A stretch of DNA of 63,961 nucleotides, filler included, from Reclinomonas americana ATCC 50394 (taxonomy: Eukaryota), in NCBI GenBank assembly GCA_048213135.1. It is 17 parts of 17 records of this genome, joined end to end, with 100 filler letters (N's around TTAATTAATTAA, not from the genome) between each part and the next. Parts side by side here need not be neighbours in the genome. Positions count along the whole stretch, not along the records: positions 1 to 2,768 come from AFZH01017799.1; positions 2,869 to 6,664 come from AFZH01017800.1; positions 6,765 to 8,297 come from AFZH01017801.1; positions 8,398 to 10,119 come from AFZH01017802.1; positions 10,220 to 15,192 come from AFZH01017803.1; 12 more parts are not named here. The stretch is one strand, 5' to 3'. The notes beneath the pieces are model-generated. The model was given only the letters and a program-made list of their open reading frames with translations. It was not told the origin of the DNA and did no database searches. Numbering within the stretch: position 1 is the stretch's first letter; every line of letters begins with the position of its first letter. The translations under genes and the position numbers were made by a program. Below are positions 1 through 12,855 of this stretch, piece by piece.

Positions 1-81
1 TGGACTTGCAGTTGCATTTTATATTACCCACTCAGCAAACGATTATCTCTTGTTTTTCCCCTGACGCGAAGTGGCGTGTAG

Positions 82-2880
82 TCGTCGACGGAAGGTGAGG
101 CGGCGGCTTCTGCGGCGCCAGTGGCGGTGTCTGTGGGTCCTGATCCGCTGCTGGAGTACCCGCCGGACGATGTGGCGTTTGTGCATTCGGTGCGGCCGCG
201 GCGACCGGGATCGGAGTTGGTGCCGCCCGTGTCGGCGCAGGAGTCGGAGGCGTTGCCGACGTTGGTGCGCGATTCGTTTGAGTTTTACCGTGCGCCGCGC
301 AAGCATCTGCGCCGGTTGCAGAGGCAGTTGGAGTTGGCCAATGTGCATCATGCGTATGCGAGGTTGAATTATGAGACGGATGAGGTGAGGATGGGGAATA
401 GTATAGGGGGAATGGAGGGGGGTGGAGGGGATAAGGGGAAGGGAGGGGGTGGAGGGGATAAGGTGAAGGGAGGGGGTGGAGAGGGGAAAGGAAAGACGGA
501 GGGTCATGTCTGTGGAGAAATCATGCGGTGTCACTCAATTGTTGCCTCTTCTAAGGTATCTGATCTCTCTCTCTCTCTCTCATCTGTTCGTGGAAGCAGT
601 CGTTTACGTCTTGAATGCGTCTCGTCGTTTGCGATGCTGTGGACCTTTCTCATGGTATTCTCTCTTTCTAAATCTCTTTCTCTCTCTCATCGCTTTCCAT
701 GGCACGCAGTTTTGCTCTGTTTCTCGCTCTTACCTCTGTCTTCTATCTGTCTATCAGAAATTGTTCACTGACACTGTGCTGTTTCCATTTTATTTGCTTG
801 GTCTCTCTCTCCCTCTCTCACTCTCCTTCTCACTTTCTCGCTTGCCTGTTCCTGCAAGAAATTGTTCAGTGATACTGTGCTGTTCTCGTTCTATTTGTTT
901 GGTGCTCCCCCCTCTCTCTCCCTCTCATACTCTCCCACTCTCCCACGCTCTCGCTTGCCTTTGCTTGCAAGAAAATGGTCCACTCTCGCTGAATGATTCT
1001 GTGCTGTTTTCGTTCTGTTTCTTCGGTTGCTATCGCTCCCCTTCTCCCTCTTCCCCTCCCTCTCCCTCTCTCTTTCTCCCGTTCTTGTCCCCCGTGCTCA
1101 ACCCTTTCCAAAATTGCAGGGCTTCGACACCCCCGACGTGGACCAAGATGGCATCCCCACCAGAAGACGCGGTCCTCGTTCCGGCGCCTCATCGGCCTCC
1201 ATTGACACACGTTGCGCCACACACACTCATTACTGTTTCCCCTTGCCACTGAAATCCCCTTCGCAGACCCCTCCCCCCGCGACCCCGCCGGCGACAGCCC
1301 CAGCTTGCGTGTCGATCTCGCCCTGCTGCGCTCATCGCTGGAGGACGTCGGCAAGGCGCAACCGCCGCCAGCGTACCGCGAGGCGGTGCTACCGACGCTT
1401 GCTCGTGCGGAGAATGAGCCATTTGATTGGGCGGGTGGTGCCGAGTCGCGTCTGTGCCGGCGGCAGGACAACCCTCTGTATCCACAAGAGTTGCGTGTGG
1501 ACGAAGCCTTTTATCTTCTCCTCGTCCTTGATGCTGACTTGACGTATCTCTCCAGTCGCGCCGCCCTGCTGATCGACGTGCAGGAGATCCGCTTGCTGCT
1601 GCTGAAGGATCACCCTGGCATTGAGCCCGTGTTCGGCTCGATTGCGCTGTTTGACATGTCGCGTGGTCGTCGCGTGTCGGAGAACTTGTACGTTGATTTC
1701 AATCCTGACTCGGTGCTGGAAGAGCACCTGCGACCGGGGCTTCCGATGGACCCAGAGACGCGCCTGACTGCCGGACTCCTGCGCCTGTCGGAGAACTTTA
1801 GCAATCTACACATTGTGGTCAAGGTCTTCAAGGTGCTGCACGGCGACGAAGAGAAGGCCGCAGAGCCGTACCTCCGCCCCGAGCGCTACGTGCGTCAGCC
1901 CTCACACCACCCGTCCCAATACTTTCCCTTCTCCCCCTCACCCCTCTCTCTACAGAACAAGGAAACCGACGTGCGCAAGCTGCGCGAGACGTGCCTGCAG
2001 TACTGCCGACGGCTCGGCAAGTACCGCCAGCCGCTGTGCTGGGCCTCGGCACAAGTGCACCTGCCCGACTCGATGTTTAGTCGGCGGCCCGGCGAGCGGC
2101 GACATGCGTCGGACGACGGCGATGCGACGACGGCTGAGATGGCCGGCATGGCGATGGATGCCATGACGCCGAATCCGGGCATTGAGGTGTCGTTTGACGG
2201 CGGCAGTCGCATGGCGTCGACCAGTCACATGATTAGTGCCGGCGGCAGTGCCGCCAGCATTGGTGGCGGCCCCTTCTCCATGTCCAGCATCAGTCGCGGG
2301 GGTGGTGGTGCTGGTGGCGCAGGAGGCGGAGCGCAGGGGTCGTCGGGCGATGGGATTGGTGTGGGCGAGCGCATCGATGTGCATGTGCGTGATTTTTACC
2401 GCTGCAAGGGCAACATGAGCGATGAGACCGTCATTGCGTTGATTCGGGAGAAGGTGAGACAGAGGGAAAGGGAAAGGGGGAGGGAGAGAAGGGAGGAAAG
2501 GGGGAAAGGGGGAAGTGAGATGGAAGAAGGAGAAGGGGATAGGAGGAGGGCAGAGAGGGGAAAGGAGAGAGGTGGCGATGGAGGGGGGAGGCAGAGAGCG
2601 ACGAGCAGGGAATGATCTGACGTAGGACTGCTTCTGTTGGAGTCTCTCATTTTGTTCGAGTGCTGTTCCTTTATTGAGAGAGAGAGAGACCGTGCTATTG
2701 GCGGAGTGGGAGTCAGGTTTTTGTAATGCGCCACAAGGCACAAGATTCTCTTTCCCCCCTGTGGTTGANNNNNNNNNNNNNNNNNNNNNNNNNNNNNNNN
2801 NNNNNNNNNNNNTTAATTAATTAANNNNNNNNNNNNNNNNNNNNNNNNNNNNNNNNNNNNNNNNNNNNATGTGTGTGTTG

Positions 2881-2953
<73 letters not shown>

Positions 2954-5900
2954 CGTGTGTGTCAGGTTTTCTTTCTTTCGCGAGGCAGTATCGTGAGAGT
3001 GCAAGTGATAGAATGGGGTCGCGAGGCAGTGTTCTTTGATTGCGAGAGAGGGAGAGAGAGTATGTATGTGTGAGCGTAAGAGTGCAAGTGAGAGAATGGG
3101 GTCAGGTGTGCCACAGTGCTCTAGATTCTCATATTCTATTCGCTTGAGAGACTGGCAAGAGTGATAGGCCTGCGAATCTTGTTTCTTTGGCGTGCTGAGA
3201 GAAGAAGAAGGGAATGATTTTGGAGTTGCGCCTCTCTCTTTCCTTTGGTTGGAGAGAGGAGGTGGGAAAGAAACGATGCGTAGCTCTGTCACTCTATTTC
3301 CGCGTTCTCTCTCTCATCCTTTCCGTATCAGCATGTGCTTTCCCACCTTCTCTTCCCCCTTTTCTCTCATTCCCTGGTCCCCTTGCTCAACACCCTCACC
3401 ACCACGCAGGAGGCTGAGGGTCAGCTGCGCCGTCTCAAGTCCGTGGAGGCCATGTGCTACATCCAAATCACCGACGTGCGCAACCTGCCATTCGAGTCTC
3501 ACAAGCCAAACGTCGTGTACTCGCCGCTGGCCAAGGGAGTTGCGTGGCTTCTTTTTGCGTCCTCTTGCGCCGCCAATCCCCTCATCCTCTCGCGCAGCAC
3601 GCTCGCGAGCTGCAAGAATTTGCCAGCGCATCGGTCGAGCCGACGCCGTATCTGTACTACAAGAACGAGTTGTTTGTGTATCCGGAGCGCGTGGAGTTTA
3701 GCGGCAACAAGGTCGGCAATGGTGAGCTTGCGAGGCACACGTCAAGGTTGTCGTCTGTGCTGCTCTGTGCTCACTCTTCCGACGCGCGTCAGTGTCCACT
3801 CGCAATGTCGCTGTGCGCATTCAGGTGAAGGAGGCCGATAATGACCTGTACGAGGAAGGCCTGCCGGTGCGTTCTTGTTGATGCTGTTTCCAGGAAAGCG
3901 TGCGCAGGAGTGACTGACATTCGTTGTTGCAGTGCATTGTCGGGCAGAGTGCATCGCAGTATCTGCTGACCGAGGCGTACACGCAAGTCACTTATCATGG
4001 TGAGCAATGGGCAAGAGAGGGAGAGGGAGAGGTAGAGGGAGAGGGAGAAAGAGAGAGAGAGAATGGGAGAGAATGGGAGGCCGGCGTCAAACGAGAAGCA
4101 AGCACAGAGACACCAAGAGTGGGAAAGGAGGAGAAATCGAGAGCGTAAATGAGGAAACGAGTGGACTTGTGTAAGAGGGAGACGATGATGGCTCTGGGCC
4201 AGTCTCAAACGAGAATCATGTATACGCCAGTAGGCGGGAAAGAGAAAGTGTGACAGAAGGTGGAAGAGAGATCAAGAAGCAAGATTGTAGCGATTTGGCC
4301 TGGGTAAACAAGAGACATTTACACACCCATGCCGCGCACGCACGCCGACATCGCCACAAAGTGAGAAGCGCATCGAACAGTAGGGAGCATGCAAGACGAA
4401 CGATAATGCAGTCTGGCTTCTTTCTGCCGACTTGCACGAACACGCATGCTTTGTCGGAGCGCTCACTGCATCTCTCCTCCTTGCAGAGAAACGACCGGAG
4501 TTTGGCGACGAGTTCCACATCCGCCTGCCTGTCAAGATCACTCCGAATCACCACCTGCTCTTCACGTTCTTCCACATTCAGTGCAAGGATGGAGGACGTG
4601 GTGGCACTCCGGTGGAGAGCATCATTGGTGAGTGTGCCACAGACAAGGAGAAATGGAGAACGGGAAAGTGATGGCCGAGGACGAGCTACGAGATAACGAG
4701 AGAGAAAGAGAGATATTCGCTGTCTGTGCTGCAAGATACGACCATTTTTTTGGAAGCAAAATAGTGGCACACAACGAACAGTATGCTGCAGCAGCCGCGA
4801 TAAGAAGTCAAAGCAGACGTCGATACCTCCTCGTTCTGTACTGGCACCTTTTCGCACTTTCACCATTCCCATTCGCCCTCTCCCATGTTCTTCTTCTCTC
4901 GTCTTCCTTTCCTTTTATTCCCCTTTCCTCTCTCTTTCCTCATTCTCCCTTCCCTCCGCCGCAGGCTACGCCGTCTACCCCCTCCTGGACCGCGACGACC
5001 GCGTGGTGCGCAGCGGCGTGGAGAACATCCCCATCGCCATGGGCGAAGACACCCGTTACCTCCGCTCCAACTCGCGACGCCTGCTCGACGGCGGCAAGGA
5101 GCTGTTCCGCTTCCGCACACAGTACGTGTCGTCGGTGTACACGGAGGACCGCACGCTCAACGACCTGCAGTCGTACATGGCGTTGGGATCAGATCCGCAT
5201 CACGTCAAGTTGCGACACTGAGTCTATATATTGCGCTCGCGGCTTGTCCTCTTTTGCTGACCGTCACGCAGGTCGTTTGTGACGCACCTCGACAAGGTCG
5301 CCATTATCGACCCCGTGAACATTATCCGCTACGCTCCGGTGCTTCTCAACCAAGTGAGTGTCACAATTTGTCCTGCAACATGTTGTGCCTTTTTCTCACA
5401 GTACTTCTTGCGCAGATGTTCTCGCTCCTCGACATTCAACACGAGGAGCTGCAGAAAAAGGCCTTCTTGTCCATTCTGCACATTGTCAAGCGCATTGACG
5501 AACGGACGTCCACCAATTCGACTGCCCGCAAGCCCATTCTGGATGCGTTTGTCACGTGCGTGTGTCGCGGGAGAAGGTCAAAGAAAGAGTGTCTTTGTTC
5601 ACTAACACTCGTCGCCGCAGACACGATTTGACAACGCATGGCTCTCCGCGCGTCGTCATGGTGCTGATGAAACTGTTCACTCGCTTCTGTCAGCATCTGC
5701 CAACCACAATGGCCAAGGATCAGGCCAGTCAGCGAAGCCGGTCGGCCACGGCGCAGCCGTCGCAGTCTACGGTTTGCATGCAGCCTTTGCGTGTTGATCT
5801 GTTTTGTCGCTCATCTATTACCATGCAGCAATCTGGATCCGTGCGCGGTCGTTCCACTGGTGAGTGGGGAATGGACAGGAAAAGGGAGAGGGAGAGGGAG

Positions 5901-6617
5901 AGGGGCAGACGATGGAGATGAGAGAGTCTCACACACTCACGTGCGTAAGCGGAGTGGTGGGGAAGTAGTTCATAGAGACGTCGAGGATCAGAGAAAGCGC
6001 GAGTGACGCGCAGGAAAATACACACGAAACTTGCACAGAGTGTGAGTGGAACGGGAAGGGAGAGGGAGTGGAATAGAGAGAACACAGAGAGAGAAGGGAG
6101 AGACAGAGAGAGAAGGGAGGGAGAGAGAGAGGGATACAGACAGCGAGAGAGAGAGAGAGAGAGGGTGAGAGAGTGAGAGGTTGTCGGGTTACGTGGTTCC
6201 CTTGTCCTCTAACACGAGTGCTCGCAGGCAATGCCAGCATCCTGGAACAAGAAGACCAGCCGCTGTGGAAGCGCATGGGTACCATTCCGTGGTTCATATT
6301 TGATTCGATTGTCAAGTCTCTCGCGCTCTTCTTGGAGCGTGAGGGCACTTTGCATGACGTTGCGTTGGTACTTCGCTTCCGCTGGAGTCAGCATGACTTT
6401 GCCTCATTCCCACAAACAGGAGACCGCTCGTACCTCACGTGTGCCCGACGAGTTCTACACACTGCTGCCGCAGTTGACGAACGCGATTGTGCATGTGGTG
6501 GAGAGTTTGGAGCCGTACGGTCGCAATGCCGAGTTGACCACCGTCAACTTTGCGTTGTTCCTGCGCGATCTGTTCCCGCTGTGCAACCGGTGCGTCACAC
6601 ATCTCTCTCTATCTCTT

Positions 6618-6664
<47 letters not shown>

Positions 6665-8112
6665 NNNNNNNNNNNNNNNNNNNNNNNNNNNNNNNNNNNN
6701 NNNNNNNNTTAATTAATTAANNNNNNNNNNNNNNNNNNNNNNNNNNNNNNNNNNNNNNNNNNNNGAGGAGGAGAAAGAAAGAAAGAAAGAGAGAGAGAAG
6801 GAAGAAAGGAAGGAAAGAAAGCTTGAGAGACAGCACTTGTGCTTGGTCTGTGACGAGGTGTGTATGAATCCTATCGCCGTTTCTCAACCGTTTCCCTCAC
6901 ACAGAGTGCCATTGCCGCCAAGTACCAGGGCGGTGCTGTGCGCGTCGGTGGAACTCTGCGCGAGAAGCGTGCCAACATGAATGTGCAGCGCTGTTGCGTT
7001 CCCTCACGATCTTGCCTTCTTCCCCGTCTGTTCTCCTTTGCCTCACCGCTCCTCACTTGCGCAGTCCAACGCGACACACCTCGCGGTGGCGCTGGCGCCA
7101 CGTCGTCCATGTCAGTCGGCGGCGGCTCATCATCGTCGTCGACGGCCGCGGCATCGGCAGCCCCCTCCGCCGCCTCCTCCACTACAGGATCTACTGTGGG
7201 CTTTGCCGCGGAAGAGGGCAGCACCCTGTATCACAGCAACCCGACGGCGGCGCTGTCCGGCATCAGCCTGCTGACGCGCACCATGTCGCGCGAAATGAGT
7301 CCGAATCGCAGCACCGCCACGTCGAATGTCGGCTCCAATGTCACGTCGCGCATGTCATCGCTGTGGGGACGACACACGCTCGACAAGACCACGCTGGATC
7401 TCATGGTTTGTGTGTACGTACTACGGAGTGGGAATTTGATGAAGTCTAAACTCCTTGTCGTTGTGGTGACAGACGCGCGCCGAGGGCCACCTGTGCGCCA
7501 CTTCCCACACGATTGTGATTGATTTGCTGACGGACTTTGTGGCTGACCATCGTGCGGCGCTGCTGCTGGATATTGACACGACGTTTGCGCGCACGCTGTT
7601 GGACACGCTCGAGTTGTTGATGCAGAGTCATCAGGTGAGTGGCGGATCAAATCATCTCCCTATGCGTTGTGCATCTCACTCTTGCTCTCTGTATCTGTCA
7701 GGCGGAACACGTGCTAGTGTACCTGGCCACCTTCCTGCGCTATTTCATGCGCGAATTCCGCCAAATCATCTTTGGCGAGGCCAACGTGGCATCCATGCTG
7801 TCGCACCAGCTGCTGCGGCACTGCACTGCTCGGTCGTCGGTGACGCGCCAGCACTTTGCCACGCTGCTGTACTTGCTGTTCAAGAACAACTACGAGGTGC
7901 GCGGTAACTTGGCGCGCACCAAGATGCTGGCCACGGCGGCGCTCTCGGAGCTCGTGCCCGAGTTGGAGGGTCGCCGCGATCTGGAGGACTCGTTCCATCT
8001 CATCACCGAGTATGCCGAGGCCGATACGACGCACCCCGTGTACGATCGCAGTGCGACTGGGCACGGCACAGTGGCCGTGGTGAAGCCGCAGCGCAGTTGC
8101 GTCTCGGATGCG

Positions 8113-8169
<57 letters not shown>

Positions 8170-8470
8170 GAGAGAGAGAGAGAGAGAGAGTAGTAGTAGT
8201 ACGTACGTTACGTTTACGTTTCGTTTCTTCTTCTACGTCGTCGTACGTACGTCGTACGTACGTCGTCGTCCGGTACGGTCGGTACGGTACGGTACGGNNN
8301 NNNNNNNNNNNNNNNNNNNNNNNNNNNNNNNNNNNNNNNNNTTAATTAATTAANNNNNNNNNNNNNNNNNNNNNNNNNNNNNNNNNNNNNNNNNNNNCGT
8401 ACGTACGTACGTACGTACGTACGTACGTACGTACGTACGTACGTACGTACGTACGGTACGTACGTACGTA

Positions 8471-8510
<40 letters not shown>

Positions 8511-11500
8511 CAAGAGAGAAGAGAGAACGGAGAATGGTGTTGAAATTGTCCTATTTCTTTTTGCCTCTCATGCAGCTCGTGATCGCCTGGCGAGTTACGG
8601 CGGCAGTGGCCTCTTGTCGGGCGGTCTGTCGTTGAGCAGTCTCATTTCGGGAGCGGTGGCCATGGGCGGCAACCACAGCAGCGACGGTGCTTCTGGCAGT
8701 GGCGACGGTCCTCCCACGCCCACCTCTATTGGCGGGGTTCGCAAGCGATCCAATCGGGTGGCGACCACGATGCCGGAGGTGTTGGCGCCACCGCACGAGG
8801 TGAGTCAGTTTTTGTGTGGGCGTTGACTGTGAGTTGGAGGCTGACACCGTTGTTGTGCAACAGCGTTTCTCGCGAGAAGATTTCCTGCAGAGTGTGCATG
8901 CGCTGAGTGAGAGGCTAGCGCAGATCTTGGTCAACACGTTGAATGTCCGCAGTTTGCAGCAGGTGAGTTGAAAAGGGGAAGGGAAATAGGAGAAGGGGTG
9001 AAGGGGGAAAGTGAGAGAAGAGAGCATTCGATAGGGAAGGTGGAAAGGGAGGAAGAAAGACAGACACTGTCTGTCAGATAGAAACGACAGCGAGTGAGGC
9101 ACTACTTGAGATAGCATCGTTATGTGTGGGATTGAGAGCGAGAGATATTGAGACAGTGTGTGTGTATGTGTGTGTGTGTGTGTGAGAGAGAGACATAGAT
9201 ATACACACAGAGAGAGAGATAGAGGAAGGGGAAGAAGGAAGAAGACAAAAAGTATATGCGAGGCGGCGAGGTTTTCGTGTAGAATAGAGGGAGAGAGAAA
9301 GAGAGAGAGAAAGAGTGAGCGAGCGAGTGAGCGCAAGCGCGGGAGGAGAGGAAGTGTCAGAGAGCAAGAGAGAGAGAGAGTGTGTGTGTGTGTAGGAGAG
9401 AGGGAGAGCATTCACGAAGAATCCGATGGATGGTGCGTTCGATGGAAAGAGAAATAGAGACGTTGGAAACACGGCAGAGAGAACGAGGAGCCGACGTTGA
9501 TTAGGAGTGCTAGAAAAGACGGGAAGTGGGGGATTGGAGGCGCTACTGTGAGGAGAATACTGCTGACCGTCCACTGTCAATCGTGAAACGTTTTGAGGCG
9601 AGAGAGATACATTGAGAGACAACGCACATGTTTGTGAAAGTGAGGGAGAGAGAGAGGGGGAGAGTAAATACGCAGGAGAGACAGGAAGGCTGATACTCTA
9701 ATCGTGTGAACTTTCTTCTCTCCTCGTTGCTGACACCTCCCGTGTCGCAGAAATGCGCCGAGCCCGAACGCATTGCCGAAATCTACTATCGCATTTCGGA
9801 GAGCTATTCACATGCGCCGCATCTGCGCGTCACATGGCTGCAGAATCTGGCCCTGTTCCACGAAAAGGTGGCGAGCGTGCTCTGCACCCTTTTCTCTCCT
9901 CATGTGGTGCTCACTCTTTATCCCGGTGCAGAACAAGGCCTGGGCCGAGGCCGCCATGTGCCACGTGCACATTGCGGAGATGATTCTGCTCTTCCTGCGT
10001 CACGTCAACTCGCCAGTGGTCCGCGATGTGCCGCTGGAACTGCTGTACAAGGTCGCGCCGGTGCTCAAGGCGTTGCCGAGGGTGAGTGGAGTGGTGAAGG
10101 GGAAAGGGATAGAGGAGGGNNNNNNNNNNNNNNNNNNNNNNNNNNNNNNNNNNNNNNNNNNNNTTAATTAATTAANNNNNNNNNNNNNNNNNNNNNNNNN
10201 NNNNNNNNNNNNNNNNNNNAGCGCAGTTGCCTTTCACTCACTTCTTGTGTTTGGTGTGTGCGATTGGTATGCTCTGCGGAGGCTGCATGATTGAGAGTGT
10301 GAGAACGGAAGCGAGTCAGATTCCTGTTTCTCCTTGTTTCGCAGTTGCTTTCACTGGCTTCTTCAGTGTATTTGTGTCTGTGTCTTTCCGTCACTAGTAT
10401 ATGCAATCAGTGTGCTCTTTTGTGCTTGTGAGATTGACACGATTGGAGGGGGAAAGAATGAGTTCACTGTGTACAGGGATTTCTCTCTCTCTCTGTACAC
10501 ACGTGTTGTTTACTCAGACTTCTTGTTTCCCTTTAGACGGCATCTGTGAGACATACATTCGAGAGTGAGGAGATAAGAGAAGAAGCAGAAAGAGAAACTC
10601 TCGCCTTCTCTCCCAGTGAGTGCATTGTGCTGTGTGGAGGCTGCATGTACGAGAGTCACCGTTGCTAGTGCCTGCAGAGTATTCTCTGGCAATCACTCAC
10701 TCCTTCCCTTCCCCTTGTAGAAAGAGGAATGGAAGTCCGCTCTCGCCGCCAAGGACATGGAGGAGGACACCTTCCAGCACGCGCTCTTCAGTCAGGACGG
10801 CGAAGGATTCGTCGACACACTGAACAAGGCTGCCGATTTCATGGGAGCTGTTGCGTCCTCTCGTCTCTCCTTACCCCCTCATTGCAAGCGATCCGCTGCT
10901 CACTGCGTTGCGAAAAGGGCGAGTTTTTCGAGTTCGGCACCGAGCTCTACAAGTGTCTGGCACCCGTGTACGAGACACGGCGTGACTACAACTCCCTGGC
11001 TGAGCTGTACAGCAAGCTTTCGGTGTACAATCGCAAGATCGATCGCGCAGTTGCGACTGAAATTCCCTTCCATCACTTTGTTGTCTTTTTTCTCACGTCG
11101 CTGGTGTGCAGTTGCGTGAGCAAAATCGCCTGCTGGGCTCGTACTACTTTGTCACCTTCCATGGCGAGCTGTTTGAGGAGATGAATGGCGGCGAGTACAT
11201 TTACAAGTTGCCGAAGATCACTCGACTTGGCGATGTCACGGAGATGTTTGAGGTGCGTGAACAGAAGATAGCAGTGCGCATCTCTCATTATTGACTCACC
11301 CGGTGTGCGCAGCGTGCCTACGACGGCAATGTCACAATTGTGGGTCACAATACGAACGTCGCCGACATGCCCACCAGCAAGACACACGGCGTGATTCAGC
11401 TGACGTATGTGCAGCCGTATTTCACCCCCACCGAGAGTCTCCAGCGCATCACCGACTTTGAGCGCAACTCCAACATTTGTTGCGTCCTTTCATTTGCAAC

Positions 11501-12769
11501 GGCGTTGTTCTGGGCCTGCACGTGTGTTGACATGTCTCGCAGCGCACTTTGTGTTCTCAAATGTGTACTCGCAAAATCGATCGCGTGACGCACCGCTGGA
11601 GGAGCAATGGAAACGCAAGACGGTGCTGCCGGTGGACGGCGGGCATCACTTCCCCGGCGTGCTCACGCGCTTCCGCGTGGACACGGCGAGAACGGTGTGT
11701 GAGGATCCATGATGATGGTGTTGTCGAGGTGGTGATTGCTGACACGGGGGCGTCGGTGCGCAGCAACGGTTCGAGCTCACACCAATCCAGAATGCCATGG
11801 AGACGATTCAGACGCGCATCTCTACGCTGGCGCACCAGATTGCGCAGGTGGAGGAGAAGCACGAGGCGGGCGAGAATCCCAATTTGAATCCGCTGCAGAT
11901 GACGCTGCAGGGTTCTGTGTTGCTTCGTTGCGTAAGGAGAAGGGATATGAGGAGAAGGGATGGGAGGGGAACGGATGAGGGGAGAGGATATGAGAGGAGA
12001 AGGGAGAATAGGAGAAGGGAAGGGCGGCGAAGGGATTAGAGGGACAGGTAGAAGAGGAAAGGATGGAGAAGGGATGGGAGGTGATGGGATACGAGGAGAA
12101 GGGGGAGAGTGGAGGGAAAAGGAGATATGAGGACAAGAGACGGATTGCGAGAAAGAAAGCATTTGTCGATTGTTTTTGTACAAGAGAGGGGGAATGACAC
12201 GTGCTCTGAGTGAGTGTGAGATACGATGGAGGAAGGAGCATCTACGCACGCACGTTATTTGATGAGTCTGCTGGAATGAGAGATGAAGAGCGGTTCGTGT
12301 TCATCTTGAGAAGACACAAGTGCTTGCTTGTGGTTGTGCGTGTGATAGAGTGAAGATTAGTATGGCCGGCAGCGGTCGGTGCGCTTGTGTATGCTTATGT
12401 GTGCGAGCGAGTGACAAGACAAGACGAAGAGTGTGTCCATATTCATCTCACCCCCATCTCCACATCCACGCAGAGGTCAATGTGGGCGCGCAGGAGATTG
12501 TGCGCACCTTCCTCACCAATCCGGAGCGCTTTGCGGCGGAGCACGTGGCCGAACTGCGCAACCTGCTGCGCCAGTTCTTGGACGCGTGTGACTTGGGCCT
12601 GACGGTGAACGAGCAATTCATGCCGCAGAACTCGGACTTTAGGAGAGAACTGCGCGACGGCTACGCGGAGCTGAGCCAGTTCTTCCAGCCTTACCTCGTG
12701 GACCTCTCGCCGCCGACCGCTCAGCCATTGTCAATAGCCACTGGCGATGGCGCCGATGTGTTCTCTTGA
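82..12769 (+). CDS. DOCK-family (DOCK-C/D, zizimin/DOCK6-11/SPIKE1-like) Rho/Rac/Cdc42 GEF; about 31 introns, 5' end outside the window
   Basis: Spliced exons give the N-terminal LLEYPPDDV motif, C2/DHR1 segments (IEPVFGSIALFD; YKNELFVYPE; PEFGDEFHIRLPVKITPNHHLLFTFFHIQC) and a DHR2 (SYSHAPHLRVTWLQNLALFH; EAAMCHVH; RLLGSYYFVTFHG; IQLTYVQPYF; QWKRKTVL; PIQNAMETI; LQMTLQGSVLLQVNVGAQE). Stop TGA ends at 12769. Confidence 0.93.
2769..2868. other. Artificial scaffold-gap linker (N-run + TTAATTAATTAA + N-run); first of 16
   Basis: The same six-frame-stop linker recurs near 6665, 8298, 10120, 15193, 17677, 20765, 22430, 28078, 33613, 44748, 49149, 50814, 53225, 61057 and 62751, usually next to low-complexity repeats. 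Confidence 0.97.
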
Positions 12770-12855
12770 TGTGTGTGTTGACGTGAAACAAATTGTTGTA
12801 TAAAAAATTCGGAGAAAAGATTAGTTAAAAGGAGTGGATTGATTGCGGTGCTCGT

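Noticed and set aside
1490..1496. Non-canonical TT-AG introns (G|TTGCGT) as the reading of the GTTGCG sites
   Set aside because: Phase checks at conserved motifs restore frame only when the intron begins at the G, so the boundaries are GT-AG.
2813..2824. Recurrent TTAATTAATTAA as a regulatory or recombination site
   Set aside because: It is always centred in N-runs and is an artificial six-frame stop linker.
82..12769. Stop-codon reassignment explaining the fragmented ORFs
   Set aside because: In-frame stops fall within removable introns, and genes end in ordinary TGA, TAA or TAG.
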